This document shows positions 15,908 to 26,755 of a DNA stretch of 64,000 bases, piece by piece. A program made the translations under genes and the position numbers. The notes beneath the pieces were generated by a model, which worked only from the letters and a program-made list of their open reading frames with translations, was not told where the DNA came from and searched no databases. Numbering within the stretch: position 1 is the stretch's first letter; each line of letters opens with the position of its first letter. The DNA lies in the IMG/VR virus record IMGVR_UViG_3300010373_000003, positions 1-64,000 of that record; one strand, written 5' to 3'. Origin of the DNA: a virus.

Positions 15908-18319
15908 ATGAGAGGTGAATTTCAAAGTTATGATTTTCCTAAACAAAGGATTCCTAATAGTGAAAAGACTCCTGATTGGGGTTACAAATGTTGTGATTGG
16001 GTTATAGCTCAAGGACAAGGTCAAAAAGATGTTGCTGAAGTAGAAACAATATATGGTTTAATTCAAGGTCATATTCCTGATGAATATTATAAGAAAGTTC
16101 TTAATCCTTATAATTCTACTAATGAAAAGTATACTCGTTTTCCTGCTACCATGCGTCATTATGATATGGCTAAAGGTATTATACGTAGATACATAAGTGA
16201 ATATATTCGTAATCCTCATGATTTTATTGTAGGAGCTAACAATGCTGAAGTTGTAATGGCTAAGAATGCTAAACTTAGGGAAGAGTTAGTTGCAGTTGTT
16301 CAACAAAAGATCGCTGCTGAGATACAAAAGAGTTATGCTCAATGGGTTAATCAAGGTCAATCACCTGAAGAATTTAGTCCCCAAGAAGCTTTAGATGTTG
16401 AGAAGTTTATAAAAGACTTTAATGATAAGTATGTAGATGATATATCTGCACAAGGTCAAGAGATTCTTAATGTTATTAAAGACATTACAGAAGATGCTTT
16501 ATTGTATGCTAAATCATATTTTGACTTTGTTGTTTTTGGTGAAACTTATACTTATGCTGATGTACAAGCTACTACTTTCATTAAAGATAATGTAACTGTT
16601 AGAGATGCGTTTCCTATAAGAACTGATAACTTCTTTGTTGAAGACGATGATGCTTTTGCTCGTAGACGTAAGATGACCTATCAGCAAATTATGGATAACT
16701 TTGATGATGATCTTAATGATACTAAAAGATCTTTCTTAGAAACATATTATGCTAAAGAAGGTTCAGCTGTTTCTGCTGAATATGCTTATTCTATATATGA
16801 AAGTTATTTCCCTGAGGTATGTAACAAGTATACTGATAAGGATAGAGAACTATTTAAGAAAGATAAGATTATGTCTAGGGATGGTAACTCTGATCTTTAT
16901 GATGTTTGGCATGTGGTTTGGAGAGGAGAGGTTAGACAAGCTATTGTTACTTATGTTAATGAAGCTAGTTTAATTGATACTAGAGTTGAACCAGACGATT
17001 ATACTCTTAATACATCTATTGGAGATTTAAGTATTGAATATGTATATCAACCTCAAGTATATGAGTGTGTTCGTATTGGAGGATGTAACGATGCAATCTA
17101 TCCTTATGATGCAAGAGCTATAGCTTATAATAGAAATGGTAAACTTCCTTATAATGGAGTAACTGAATTACTTCAAGGTTTAGGTAAGTTTAGTATTGTT
17201 AAGACTATTATGCCTTATAATGTATTTTATAATATAGTAGCTTATCATAGAGAAATGGCTCTTTCTAGAAATAAGCTTTCTATACTTATGATTGCTAAAT
17301 CATTACTAGGTGCTGTACCTGAGGATACTATTCATAAAATGCTAGCCGATGGTGTTTTATACTATGATGATACTGATGACGCTGGTGCACAAAGAGCACA
17401 ACAGGTTCGTATGTTACAAGCTAGTAATGCTGATTATATTGCTCAGTTAGGTCAACTAATGATTGAAGTAGAACAAGCTGCTAAGAACCAAGTTGATATG
17501 ACTCCGCAGCGTTATGGAGAGATTGCTAATAGTGCAGGTAAAGGAACTACTGAAGAAGCTATTGTTCGTGGATCTATGGGTTCTGTTATTATAGAGTTCA
17601 TTATGGATTATATGAGAGAGAGGGATTATGCTAGAGATATGGACTACAGTAAGTTTGCTTGGATTGATGGTTTAGATACTTCTTATAGAGACATGTCTGG
17701 TAATCTTAAGTATATTAGTTTAGATGTTGAGAAACATAACTACGCTGATTATCTTATTAAAGCTAAGAGTGCTGTTAATGAGAAAGAGAAACTTGATCAA
17801 TACAAACAACTTGCTTTTAGTGCTGCTCAAAATGGAGATATGAAAATGGCTAAAGCTGCTATCGAAGGAGATAACGTTGCAGCTATATCTAAACTCATAG
17901 ACCAGTATGCTGCTGATAAAGAAGCTTATGAATTGAACATGAAGCAGATTGAACAACAGACTGAACAACTTCGTCAAAATTGGGAAACTAAAAAGATTGT
18001 TGTTACTGGTGAAGAACAAAGAAAACTTGCTACTCTTAAAGGTCAGATTGATGCAGAGATTGAATTGATTAAAGCTGATGCTAATATGATATCATTTGAT
18101 AACGGAGTTAGTGAGTCTGACAAACAAGCTGGTATGCAAAGACTAGAACAATCTCGTTCAAATATTGCTCGTGAGAAAATAAAAGCAGATAAAGGTAAAT
18201 CTATTTTAGATGCTTATAATAAGTTTGAAGATCGTAAAGTTAAAGAGAAAGATATTGAAGCTAAAATAACTATCGCTGAAACTAATCGAAATAGGTATGA
18301 TAGTAAGCCTAAGAAGTAA
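15908..18319 (+). CDS. portal protein
   Basis: 803 aa after terL; FPKQRIP N-terminus, KLPYNG, MTPQRYG, C-terminal coiled coil; crAss gene order. Confidence 0.88.
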   Translation: MRGEFQSYDFPKQRIPNSEKTPDWGYKCCDWVIAQGQGQKDVAEVETIYGLIQGHIPDEYYKKVLNPYNSTNEKYTRFPATMRHYDMAKGIIRRYISEYIRNPHDFIVGANNAEVVMAKNAKLREELVAVVQQKIAAEIQKSYAQWVNQGQSPEEFSPQEALDVEKFIKDFNDKYVDDISAQGQEILNVIKDITEDALLYAKSYFDFVVFGETYTYADVQATTFIKDNVTVRDAFPIRTDNFFVEDDDAFARRRKMTYQQIMDNFDDDLNDTKRSFLETYYAKEGSAVSAEYAYSIYESYFPEVCNKYTDKDRELFKKDKIMSRDGNSDLYDVWHVVWRGEVRQAIVTYVNEASLIDTRVEPDDYTLNTSIGDLSIEYVYQPQVYECVRIGGCNDAIYPYDARAIAYNRNGKLPYNGVTELLQGLGKFSIVKTIMPYNVFYNIVAYHREMALSRNKLSILMIAKSLLGAVPEDTIHKMLADGVLYYDDTDDAGAQRAQQVRMLQASNADYIAQLGQLMIEVEQAAKNQVDMTPQRYGEIANSAGKGTTEEAIVRGSMGSVIIEFIMDYMRERDYARDMDYSKFAWIDGLDTSYRDMSGNLKYISLDVEKHNYADYLIKAKSAVNEKEKLDQYKQLAFSAAQNGDMKMAKAAIEGDNVAAISKLIDQYAADKEAYELNMKQIEQQTEQLRQNWETKKIVVTGEEQRKLATLKGQIDAEIELIKADANMISFDNGVSESDKQAGMQRLEQSRSNIAREKIKADKGKSILDAYNKFEDRKVKEKDIEAKITIAETNRNRYDSKPKK

Positions 18320-18341
18320 GCTATTATAATAGTGCTTGATT

Positions 18342-18387
18342 ATAGCCCTGTTCTAACCAATGTGTTAGGATGGGGCTATTTTTGTTT
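18342..18387 (+). terminator. intrinsic terminator
   Basis: ATAGCCCTGTTCTAAC-N6-GTTAGGATGGGGCTAT followed by TTTTGTTT. Confidence 0.8.
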
Positions 18388-18462
18388 ATAAGGAGCTGTT
18401 TTAGGCTGCGTATATAAACGTTTAACGTGATCGGGTATATTGTGTAGGGTTCTAAGATTGGT

Positions 18463-18478
18463 TTCCTCTACGGGGGAG
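18463..18478 (+). repeat. dispersed 16-bp element, copy 5 (TTCCTCTACGGGGGAG)
   Basis: Intergenic, between portal and scaffold-like gene. Confidence 0.9.
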
Positions 18479-18570
18479 ATACAACGAGCAAATACAGCCA
18501 GTTTGTAGTAACAGTATATATAATAGTAGTGCTAAACTATATATTCATTAAGCTTATGTTGTAGGAGGTA

Positions 18571-18601
18571 TTGTATATACTGATAAATAATGTTATAATT
18601 G
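18571..18601 (+). promoter_or_regulatory. putative Bacteroidota-type promoter TTG-N20-TATAATTG
   Basis: About 30 bp upstream of the capsid operon, after a terminator. Confidence 0.5.
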
Positions 18602-18632
18602 TGTTCATAAATAATCACTAAATAATTAAACA

Positions 18633-19964
18633 ATGGATTTTGGATTTGGAGGTACAGGAGATAAAAGTGCTAGTGCTAGCAATGCTCCTGCTAATAATGC
18701 CGATGGTTCTCAAACTACTGATTTAAGTACTGGTCAAGTAGCAAATACTGCTAATGGTCAACCCGCTGATGACATCAATGATGATGATAATGCAGGAGGT
18801 TCAAGTGCTGACAAGGGAAGTTTTGATAACGGAGACAATAGTTCTGGTGGAAATGATACTAAAGGTGATGATCAGAATAAACCTGATAAGAAACCTGCTG
18901 GTGATGATACTACTACAACTTTAGTTGAAGGATCAACTATTGAACTAGGTGATGATAAATACACTGTTGATGCTATAGGTAATGTAGTTGATAAAGACGG
19001 TAATGTATTTAAAGAAGCAAAAGATGTAACCGATTGGTTAGCTTCCTTTGATAATGTTGAGGATGGAGATACTGCTCTATCTATAGATAACATTCAAGAT
19101 GTTATAGGTATTGAAATTACAGATGATAATGACAAACCTATTGTATTTGATAATACTCCTGAAGGTGTTAAAGCTTATATTGATTCTGTTATGGAAGTCA
19201 GTAGAGATGACATTCGTGAAGAAACAATTAATACTCTTTATCAGAAGTATCCTATTATTTCTGATGTTATAAATTACTATATTGCTAATGGTAATTCTAT
19301 TGAAGGTTTTGGAGAAGTTCAAGATCGTTCTAGTATTACCATAGATGATGCTAACGAGGCACAACAAGAAAGTATCATTCGTACTGCTTGGGCTGAGCAA
19401 GGTAAAAGGGGAGATGTCGAAACTTATATTAATTATCTCAAATCTTCAGGTATTCTTTTGGCTACTGCTAAGGATGATCTTGCTGCTTTGCAAGAAGGAG
19501 ATAAAGAATACAGAGATCAATTAAGATTAGATGCTGAAAAGGCTGAAAATGATAAGATCGAAACTAATAAGAATTATTGGAATAGTGTTAAAGAAACTAT
19601 TGATAGTAAAAAGATTGCTGGTTATTCTATACCAGATACTATTATAAGAACTATTGATGGTAAGAAAGTATCTGCTACTCCTAATGATTTTTATAACTAT
19701 GTTTATCTAGTAGATAAAGATGGTAAGTCTTCTTATGAAAAAGATCTTGCTAAAGAAACTCCAGAAAGTCGTAAAGAAGATGAACTTTTGCGTGCTTATT
19801 TAAGGTTTAGTGGAGGTAATTATTCTAATCTAGTGGGAATGGCCGTTAATAAAGATAAGGTTACTAACCTTAAAGTACGTGCCAATGGTAGAACTACTAG
19901 TTCGGTTAAAGTAATTAAACCTGTTACAAATCAAACTAAAGAAGTTAAAGACTTTGGTTATTAA
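18633..19964 (+). CDS. acidic scaffold-like capsid assembly protein
   Basis: Asp/Gly/Asn-rich disordered N-terminus; lies between portal and MCP. Confidence 0.65.
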   Translation: MDFGFGGTGDKSASASNAPANNADGSQTTDLSTGQVANTANGQPADDINDDDNAGGSSADKGSFDNGDNSSGGNDTKGDDQNKPDKKPAGDDTTTTLVEGSTIELGDDKYTVDAIGNVVDKDGNVFKEAKDVTDWLASFDNVEDGDTALSIDNIQDVIGIEITDDNDKPIVFDNTPEGVKAYIDSVMEVSRDDIREETINTLYQKYPIISDVINYYIANGNSIEGFGEVQDRSSITIDDANEAQQESIIRTAWAEQGKRGDVETYINYLKSSGILLATAKDDLAALQEGDKEYRDQLRLDAEKAENDKIETNKNYWNSVKETIDSKKIAGYSIPDTIIRTIDGKKVSATPNDFYNYVYLVDKDGKSSYEKDLAKETPESRKEDELLRAYLRFSGGNYSNLVGMAVNKDKVTNLKVRANGRTTSSVKVIKPVTNQTKEVKDFGY

Positions 19965-19997
19965 TAATTTTAATTACTTTATTTAAAAGATTGTATT

Positions 19998-21470
19998 ATG
20001 TATAAAATGCGTGTTCTTTCTCAAGGTAAGTATGAGGACAGAGGATATTCTAACGAAGAGAGTATTGCTTATCTTCAATTACAAAAACCTGTTGAGATTA
20101 ATGCTTTCCTTACTTATAACTATGGTTTGGATGATGATAGGTTTCCTTTATCATTTATGACTGAAGGTCAAGGTAAGAGTGGAGTTAAAGAAGTTAAGAC
20201 TGTTCAATGGACTTGGTCGACTATGGGTCGTATGAAGTTTACTGATATGGTTACTTATTTCAATACTGCTAACGTTGAACCGGGTCGTGGTGGTGTAGAG
20301 ATTGAAGTTCACTTTGCCAGTCATTGGTTTATTGAGCAATATGGTCTTACTGCTCCTGATGGTAAAACTCAGGTTCGTATTCAGAAAGATCTTGGAGAGT
20401 CTGCTTATGGTTATGGTTATTTACTTAAATTAACTAATCCTAATCCAGATGCTTTCATTGATCCTGAAATGCTATCTAAAGGTAAGTATTGGAGTATGGG
20501 TGCTCCTACTGTTTCTGAATCGTATTCTAAAGGTAACCGTAGTAATACTATGGGACCGGGTAAAATGACTTCTCAATTAGAGTTCCAACGTTACTCTAAA
20601 GAGATTGCTGGTAACCTTGCCAATGTTATTACTGAATATGAGTTCAAAAATAAAGAAGGTGCTAGTTCTAAGTTGTGGATAAACGAAGAGATGCGCCAGT
20701 TCCATTTGAATATGCGCGTTATGAATGAGGAACGTCTATGGATGGCAGAGTATAACCGTTTACCTAATGGTGAGGTTACTCTTAAAGACAGAGACAATGG
20801 TAAACCTATTCCTCATACATCAGGTATGTTAGAGATTGCTCGTGAGTCTAACTATGATACTTATGGTGAGTTCTTAACTCTTAACAAAATTAAGAGAACT
20901 ATCGGTGATGTGATAGATAAAGATACTGACAGCGGTAAAATGGAAATTGTACTTACCGGTGGTAAAGGTTTCCTTGAAGACTTTGATGAAGCTATGAAGC
21001 TTGACGCAAAGGATAACGGTTTCTTAACTCCTCTTGGAGAGAAAGAGATTCAGGGAAGTGGAGACAATTTAGAGTATGGTGCTTATTTCAGAGCATATAA
21101 GACTGTAGATGGTCACCGTGTAATTGCTAAACATGCTTCATTCTTTGATAAAGGTACTATTGCTGAAGCTGCTAAACAGAATGGTATGATCCATCCTCGT
21201 TCAGGTCTTCCAATTACTTCACATCAAGCTGTTGCTATGGACTTCTCTAACTATGGTGGTAACCGTAACATTCGTATGGTTCGTCAAGAAGGACAAGTTT
21301 ATAAAGCTAAAGTTCTTAAAGGTATGACTGATGTTCCTGCATCATGGGGTGTATCTGATAACAATTTCATTGCTACTGAAATAGACATGAGTCGTTATGA
21401 AATTAAGAGTTCTATAGGGTTACAAGTTGATAACTCTAACAAGATGTTCTTATTGAGTTGTAAATTGTAA
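19998..21470 (+). CDS. major capsid protein (crAss type)
   Basis: 490 aa; N-terminus RGYSNEE..DDDRFPLSFMTEGQG recalled from crAssphage-group MCPs; position in gene order. Confidence 0.9.
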   Translation: MYKMRVLSQGKYEDRGYSNEESIAYLQLQKPVEINAFLTYNYGLDDDRFPLSFMTEGQGKSGVKEVKTVQWTWSTMGRMKFTDMVTYFNTANVEPGRGGVEIEVHFASHWFIEQYGLTAPDGKTQVRIQKDLGESAYGYGYLLKLTNPNPDAFIDPEMLSKGKYWSMGAPTVSESYSKGNRSNTMGPGKMTSQLEFQRYSKEIAGNLANVITEYEFKNKEGASSKLWINEEMRQFHLNMRVMNEERLWMAEYNRLPNGEVTLKDRDNGKPIPHTSGMLEIARESNYDTYGEFLTLNKIKRTIGDVIDKDTDSGKMEIVLTGGKGFLEDFDEAMKLDAKDNGFLTPLGEKEIQGSGDNLEYGAYFRAYKTVDGHRVIAKHASFFDKGTIAEAAKQNGMIHPRSGLPITSHQAVAMDFSNYGGNRNIRMVRQEGQVYKAKVLKGMTDVPASWGVSDNNFIATEIDMSRYEIKSSIGLQVDNSNKMFLLSCKL

Positions 21471-21489
21471 TTTAATATAAGATAAAGTT

Positions 21490-22662
21490 ATGAATGAAAA
21501 TAATTCTGTAGGGGGTGGTCAATTTGCATTTGGTAAAGCAAATACTCCCGTTGAGAAACAGAAAGATAGTATTACCTCGCCCGTAGAGGAAGCAGATATT
21601 AGACAAACTATTAATACTGCTGTTTACGAAGAAGAACAAGAATCAGAAGATATTATGTCTTCTGAATATACTCATGAAGCTAGTATATCTATTTCTCTAG
21701 TTAAGAATTATTCATTATACCGTAGGGCTAATGATAAAGTTCTTCCTAAGAAGAGAGATTATATAGGTGGATCAGTTAGTGCTTCTCGTATTCTATCTTC
21801 AAACAAAGAAGAGGTTGAAAACTATTTTCCAACTATACTTGGTCTTAATGCTAGTCATCAAGATTTTACAATGAGACTTAAACAATATCTAAATAATATT
21901 CGTATAGCTGTAGATGAGCTAGGAATTAATTTAGATATTTCTTTTGTTTATCATCGTAAGTCTGATTATTATAAATTTAGAGACGCTGCGCAAAAGATTG
22001 AAGATGACTTTAATAAAGTTGATCGTCAGAATCTATCTAAGCTTAAAGCTGCTTTAAAAGATAAGATAACTAAACTGAACGTACTTGAAAGTACTAAACA
22101 TAAATATGGTTATCCTGTCAATGTAGATCATTATATAAGTTACAGACATTGTTTACTGTATGATGATATAGCTAAAGATGTCGCTATTATTAATAGCAAT
22201 ACTTCAGTTAGATTCTACTTTAAAGATGATCAGAGAGAAGAAGATAAACTTCGTAAATTCAGAGGTGAGGTTAATAAGGCTAAAGTTAACTATGTTGCTA
22301 CTTTATCTGATGATGTATTATTTGATGCAGTTTATATTCAGTATTTAGTCGAAGAGAGACAACCTGTTATTGCTGGACTTCTTGAGAAGAGAATGGATAG
22401 AGAAACTAAACTTGATAAATTTAGTGGAGAAGAACCTATTAAATTCAACAAGATTGTTAACTCTAAACATGTTAAACTTATCGGTACTATTGAATTACTA
22501 ATTGCTCATGGTCAATTACAACGTTCGCAGTTTAATCAGAATATTACTACAGATGAAGGTAACTTTATAGGTTCTAATATGAAGGAAGCTGTTGCTTGGT
22601 TTACTAACCCTGACAATAACTCTACTGTTGACGCTTATTACAATAAGTTAAAGAATACTTAA
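21490..22662 (+). CDS. crAss-type conserved protein downstream of MCP (390 aa)
   Basis: YGYPVNVDHYISYRHCL and FIGSNMKEAVAWF patterns; position. Confidence 0.7.
   Translation: MNENNSVGGGQFAFGKANTPVEKQKDSITSPVEEADIRQTINTAVYEEEQESEDIMSSEYTHEASISISLVKNYSLYRRANDKVLPKKRDYIGGSVSASRILSSNKEEVENYFPTILGLNASHQDFTMRLKQYLNNIRIAVDELGINLDISFVYHRKSDYYKFRDAAQKIEDDFNKVDRQNLSKLKAALKDKITKLNVLESTKHKYGYPVNVDHYISYRHCLLYDDIAKDVAIINSNTSVRFYFKDDQREEDKLRKFRGEVNKAKVNYVATLSDDVLFDAVYIQYLVEERQPVIAGLLEKRMDRETKLDKFSGEEPIKFNKIVNSKHVKLIGTIELLIAHGQLQRSQFNQNITTDEGNFIGSNMKEAVAWFTNPDNNSTVDAYYNKLKNT
21576..21591 (-). repeat. dispersed 16-bp element, copy 6 (TTCCTCTACGGGCGAG)
   Basis: + strand CTCGCCCGTAGAGGAA; encodes SPVEE. Confidence 0.9.
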
Positions 22663-22663
22663 C

Positions 22664-23344
22664 ATGACTATACAAGAAATGCATACTGCATTTCGGACTC
22701 TTGGTCAGCAGATGGGTATGCAAACTATTCGATCTGTACTTGGAGAGAGTATTGATGTATACCTTAATCAAGCGATTACTGAGACTGTTAGAAATGTAGT
22801 TTTAGTTAATGCTACAACTCAATTTAACGATCGTGTTGCTATTCAAGATAATTCTATATCTCCCGTTAATAGTATTAGAACTCTAGTTAGAAAAGGTTCT
22901 AATACTATTCCAACAATGGGTAGTGATAAAGATTACTATTCTATTTTATTACTTACAGCTGATGTAATGTATTATACTTCTTTTGGTATTAAATATGAAA
23001 ACCAAAATAAAAGAATAGGTGCTAGATTTATAGAAGGTGATAAAGTTGATGATACTAGATCTGATTATTGTAATCGAGATACATGGGATTATCCAATTGT
23101 TTCACTTTCTATGGATAGTGCTAGTAGAGAAATTATTGAACTCTATATTGGAGATACTACTAAGAAACCTAAAACACTTGAAGTTTCTTATATTAAAACT
23201 CCTAATGTTGTTAAAAGAAGTACTGATAGTTCTGCCAATGTTCATTGTGATTTACCAGTTGGTATTCATCGTAATATTGTTGAGATTGCTGTTAATAAGT
23301 TCTTTAGTTCTATAGGAAGTACTACTAAACCTGTTTCCCGTTAA
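22664..23344 (+). CDS. head-tail connector / ring protein
   Basis: IDVYLNQA, YIKTP and CDLPVGIHRNIVEIAV patterns typical of adaptor-like ring proteins. Confidence 0.65.
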   Translation: MTIQEMHTAFRTLGQQMGMQTIRSVLGESIDVYLNQAITETVRNVVLVNATTQFNDRVAIQDNSISPVNSIRTLVRKGSNTIPTMGSDKDYYSILLLTADVMYYTSFGIKYENQNKRIGARFIEGDKVDDTRSDYCNRDTWDYPIVSLSMDSASREIIELYIGDTTKKPKTLEVSYIKTPNVVKRSTDSSANVHCDLPVGIHRNIVEIAVNKFFSSIGSTTKPVSR

Positions 23345-23370
23345 TTATTAATTAATTAAAATTTTAAACT

Positions 23371-24261
23371 ATGCGTCAATTTATTTTAGCAGGTGCCGCT
23401 GCTTATAGTGCTGCTCCACTTGTACAGAATGTAGCCGCTGGTGCTTTAGCTTTCTATTATCAGAACAATGGAGTTCTTACTCCTACTGCTACTGGTGTTG
23501 AGATTATGGGTAAAGCCGATCTTGTATTAGGTCGTTCTTCTGCAAATGGAGGTCCAGTTATACTACCAATACATAAAAATAACTTTAGTTATACTAAAGG
23601 TGTTTATCAGGCTGCTACTAAATTTGTAGCAACTGTTGTTATTCCTGCTCCTACAGCTAAAGGAAATTATTCTATTATCATTAATGTTAATGGTAAACAG
23701 TTTAATGAAAGAAATAAATATACACCTGAATATTATGTACCTGCTGATACTGGTACTACTGCTGCTCAGTTAGCTCAAAAGCTTCAAGCAGCTATAAATG
23801 CTAATACTTCATCTCATGGTATTATTGCTACATTAGCTACTGCTACATTAACTTTAACTGCTGATAAATTTGGTGTAAATTATACTATTATTCCTGCTGA
23901 TAAGTTAACTGGAGTTAATCCAACTTATACAACTAGAGGAATTCCTGCTTATGCCGATGCTGCTTATATTAGAGATTTAGCTAACAAAGCTGCTGCTGAT
24001 AAAGGTTTCTCTTATACTTGGACTGATGATGTAGCTTTGTTATACCCTGGGTATGATCTTGATCCTTTAGCTCAACCTGCTGGAACAGATATTGGTTATA
24101 CATTATTTAATTTGAGATTTGCTGAACCTCGGGACGTTAAGACTCGTGATGAAGTAGTACATCAAATTGTACAAGTTGCTATACCTACTGGTGGAGCTGG
24201 TATTGCTACATTTGAGACAGTACTTAAATCTCTTTCTGGAATAGTTCCTATTACTCCATAA
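23371..24261 (+). CDS. virion structural protein (auxiliary capsid-like)
   Basis: Ala/Thr-rich, beta-rich 296 aa; ends the capsid operon before a terminator. Confidence 0.55.
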   Translation: MRQFILAGAAAYSAAPLVQNVAAGALAFYYQNNGVLTPTATGVEIMGKADLVLGRSSANGGPVILPIHKNNFSYTKGVYQAATKFVATVVIPAPTAKGNYSIIINVNGKQFNERNKYTPEYYVPADTGTTAAQLAQKLQAAINANTSSHGIIATLATATLTLTADKFGVNYTIIPADKLTGVNPTYTTRGIPAYADAAYIRDLANKAAADKGFSYTWTDDVALLYPGYDLDPLAQPAGTDIGYTLFNLRFAEPRDVKTRDEVVHQIVQVAIPTGGAGIATFETVLKSLSGIVPITP

Positions 24262-24282
24262 TTATTATAACCTTGATTTAAT

Positions 24283-24330
24283 AAAAGAGAGATTGTTGAT
24301 ATTAATATCGATGATCTCTCTTTTTTGTTT
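24283..24330 (+). terminator. intrinsic terminator
   Basis: AAAAGAGAGATTGTTGAT..ATCGATGATCTCTCTTTTTT hairpin plus T-tail. Confidence 0.75.
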
Positions 24331-24337
24331 GATCTAA

Positions 24338-24904
24338 ATGGAGATATTAAATGATGCACTTAAACAAGGAATAGCTCCTGCTATTGTAGTAGCTATATAT
24401 TTAATTATTACTAAAGCTTTAGATAATAAGCGAGAGAATGCTCAAATTAGACTTAGCACTGAACTTACTAAATCTATTAATGTTATAAGTGAATTTCTAA
24501 CCGATATTACTAAGAACATTATAGATAGAGAAAAGGATAAATGTAAGAGTGCTATTGAAGATGCAATGTTTTCTACTGGTATGAGATTAGTTAGTTTTGT
24601 ATCATCTACTATTATTAATAATCATATTGATGCTAATAAAACTACTATATTATCTAACATTAATAATATAGTTAATTCTGAATTTTATACAATTTATTCT
24701 ACATTATCAATGTATAAAATAAATGGTATTGTAGTGTCTGATTATTTAGATAAAGAATGGATGGCTACTATCGAACAAGATATGGTAGATATTATTTATA
24801 ATAATCTATTAGACAAAGATGATAAAATATTGTCTTTTTCTAATAAGATTACTCTTAAGTTTCAGACATATGTTACTTATATAACTAATAACATTATTAA
24901 ATAA
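24338..24904 (+). CDS. membrane-anchored hypothetical protein (188 aa)
   Basis: N-terminal TM GIAPAIVVAIYLIIT. Confidence 0.7.
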   Translation: MEILNDALKQGIAPAIVVAIYLIITKALDNKRENAQIRLSTELTKSINVISEFLTDITKNIIDREKDKCKSAIEDAMFSTGMRLVSFVSSTIINNHIDANKTTILSNINNIVNSEFYTIYSTLSMYKINGIVVSDYLDKEWMATIEQDMVDIIYNNLLDKDDKILSFSNKITLKFQTYVTYITNNIIK

Positions 24905-24936
24905 ATTACTATGATTATTGGAGGAGTTATAAATAT

Positions 24937-25725
24937 ATGGCTTTAAAACAAAAACTTATCATTGATAAGGAACTTACTAATAATATACAGATTATTGTAA
25001 GAGATGAAACTGGCATATATAGTGCTAGTAATTTAACTGGATATGGTGGAGGAGGTAATAGTAATCCTATATCAGATTTTGATAAATATATATTTGAACT
25101 TTATAATATGCATACTAACTCTAAGTATGTTCATATTCAAAGTGATAATCCTTTACCTAACGAATACTATCAACCTAGTATAGCTCAAATTGTAGATAAA
25201 TACAATGTTACAATTGATGCTGATGACTATGGTATTCTTAATTTTGAAGATGGTCTTTATAGACTTAGTATGACTATCAAAATGAAGAGTACTATACAAG
25301 GAACTGGTGTAGTAAATGGAGAGGTTATAACTGGAGTTCAAGATGCTGCTGGAATATATAATTCTTACAAGTACATAGTTGTAGGAAATGAAGTATATTT
25401 AATTAGAGATGCTATTGCTAATACTTTAGTATTAGATAGACCTATTACTGTTGCGTTCTCTAACTTTACTGTTGGTATAAGAACTAGTGTTAATCTTATA
25501 ATATCTGATTCTATTAATATTCATATAGATACAGCTATATCTAAACTATCTAAATCTTGTGGTTGTTCATCTGATTTTGATATACTAAATAAACTATCAG
25601 AAGCTCAACTTTATTTGTGGGGTATAGATAGATGTGTTGATAAGAATGATTATATGCAGGCTTATGAATACTTTAAGTTGGTACAAAAGATATGTAAATC
25701 TATTAGATGTAACTGCGATGATTGA
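24937..25725 (+). CDS. tail structural protein (collar/fibre-docking candidate), Cys-rich C-terminus
   Basis: RDETGIYSASNLTGYG; SCGC and CKSIRCNC; opens the fibre block. Confidence 0.55.
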   Translation: MALKQKLIIDKELTNNIQIIVRDETGIYSASNLTGYGGGGNSNPISDFDKYIFELYNMHTNSKYVHIQSDNPLPNEYYQPSIAQIVDKYNVTIDADDYGILNFEDGLYRLSMTIKMKSTIQGTGVVNGEVITGVQDAAGIYNSYKYIVVGNEVYLIRDAIANTLVLDRPITVAFSNFTVGIRTSVNLIISDSINIHIDTAISKLSKSCGCSSDFDILNKLSEAQLYLWGIDRCVDKNDYMQAYEYFKLVQKICKSIRCNCDD

Positions 25726-25951
25726 TGATAATAAAGAGTATCAGAAAGTTTATGATAAACTTTGTGATAAGATAGAAGCTAAACTTTTATATTTTTATAA
25801 AATTCGATCTATAGGTGGATATATAGATTATAATATTATTAAACTTCTAAACCTTTATATAAATTATTTAAATAGAGTTAAAGACTCTAAATATACATAT
25901 TATCATATAAAAGGTTTAGATACAATATCTAACTCTTTAAATAAAATATAA
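25718..25951 (+). CDS. hypothetical protein (77 aa; start MIDDNK)
   Basis: ATG overlaps the previous stop region; its stop overlaps the next ATG. Confidence 0.6.
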   Translation: MIDDNKEYQKVYDKLCDKIEAKLLYFYKIRSIGGYIDYNIIKLLNLYINYLNRVKDSKYTYYHIKGLDTISNSLNKI

Positions 25952-26754
25952 TGGGTTGTACATGTAATAACAAAAGATGTAATGGAGATTGTTTTGTTAC
26001 TAGACAAATTAGAGTTAACAGTGGGTTAGGTAGAGCAGGAGGTATTGGTGAGGATACACTAGATGACGTATCTCAAAGAGGTAATGTCACTACTGTATCT
26101 CTAGTAGCTAAACCTGCTATATTTGATTATGAGCTTGCTACTCTAGGTCAAGTTAAAGAATATAGTCAAAGTGAAGGTTTTAAATATATAGAGCAAGAAG
26201 AGAACGGTGATGTTATAATTGTTGGTTCTTCTATGCAAAAAGTTGTAATAAGTCAAGACGCTGTTATCAATGCTAATGTTAATAGTGCTGGTCAAAGAGG
26301 AGTCTTGATTCTTAAAGTTAATGATGATGGTGGTTACAAATATTCATTCGCAGAAGGTAATATTGGTAATACTATTTTAAATACTTTACCTAGGGCACAA
26401 ACTAGATTATACTGGGAAAGATACGATGATTTAGTTAGGTGGACTTCTGATATTATAATGGAAGGTATTAAACCTACTCCTATTCCTGTATTTGCTATTG
26501 ATGATTACTATGATACTTTAGAAGTGTTTAGTAGTTATGCTGATAGTGAAATACTACTTTCTACTGATAACGGACCTTTCCTTCCTTATCCGGGTAAATT
26601 TAATATTGGAGCTGTAGATAGACCTGCTGGTTATTGGAAGGCTAAAGTTAAGTCTTTAGAACCTTCTAGACTTGAAAGTTATATTGCTTACAGTTTACCT
26701 ACTCATTCTGTTAAGGTTGGGTTCCCATTTGTATTACCTTTAACATTATCATAA
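25951..26754 (+). CDS. tail fibre-associated protein with DRPAGYWK module
   Basis: N-terminal CTC..C..C, TLDDVSQRGNVTT fibre-like motif, shared module. Confidence 0.6.
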   Translation: MGCTCNNKRCNGDCFVTRQIRVNSGLGRAGGIGEDTLDDVSQRGNVTTVSLVAKPAIFDYELATLGQVKEYSQSEGFKYIEQEENGDVIIVGSSMQKVVISQDAVINANVNSAGQRGVLILKVNDDGGYKYSFAEGNIGNTILNTLPRAQTRLYWERYDDLVRWTSDIIMEGIKPTPIPVFAIDDYYDTLEVFSSYADSEILLSTDNGPFLPYPGKFNIGAVDRPAGYWKAKVKSLEPSRLESYIAYSLPTHSVKVGFPFVLPLTLS

Positions 26755-26755
26755 T

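Noticed and set aside
13634-21470. Introns or inteins in terL, portal or MCP
   Set aside because: The ORFs are continuous, of ordinary length, and show no intein or homing-endonuclease motifs
21544-21559. Degenerate matches to the element (CTCCCGTTGAGAAA here, TTCCCTGTACAGGA near 51826, CTCCCGTTAA near 22860)
   Set aside because: Too many mismatches to separate from chance by eye; not counted
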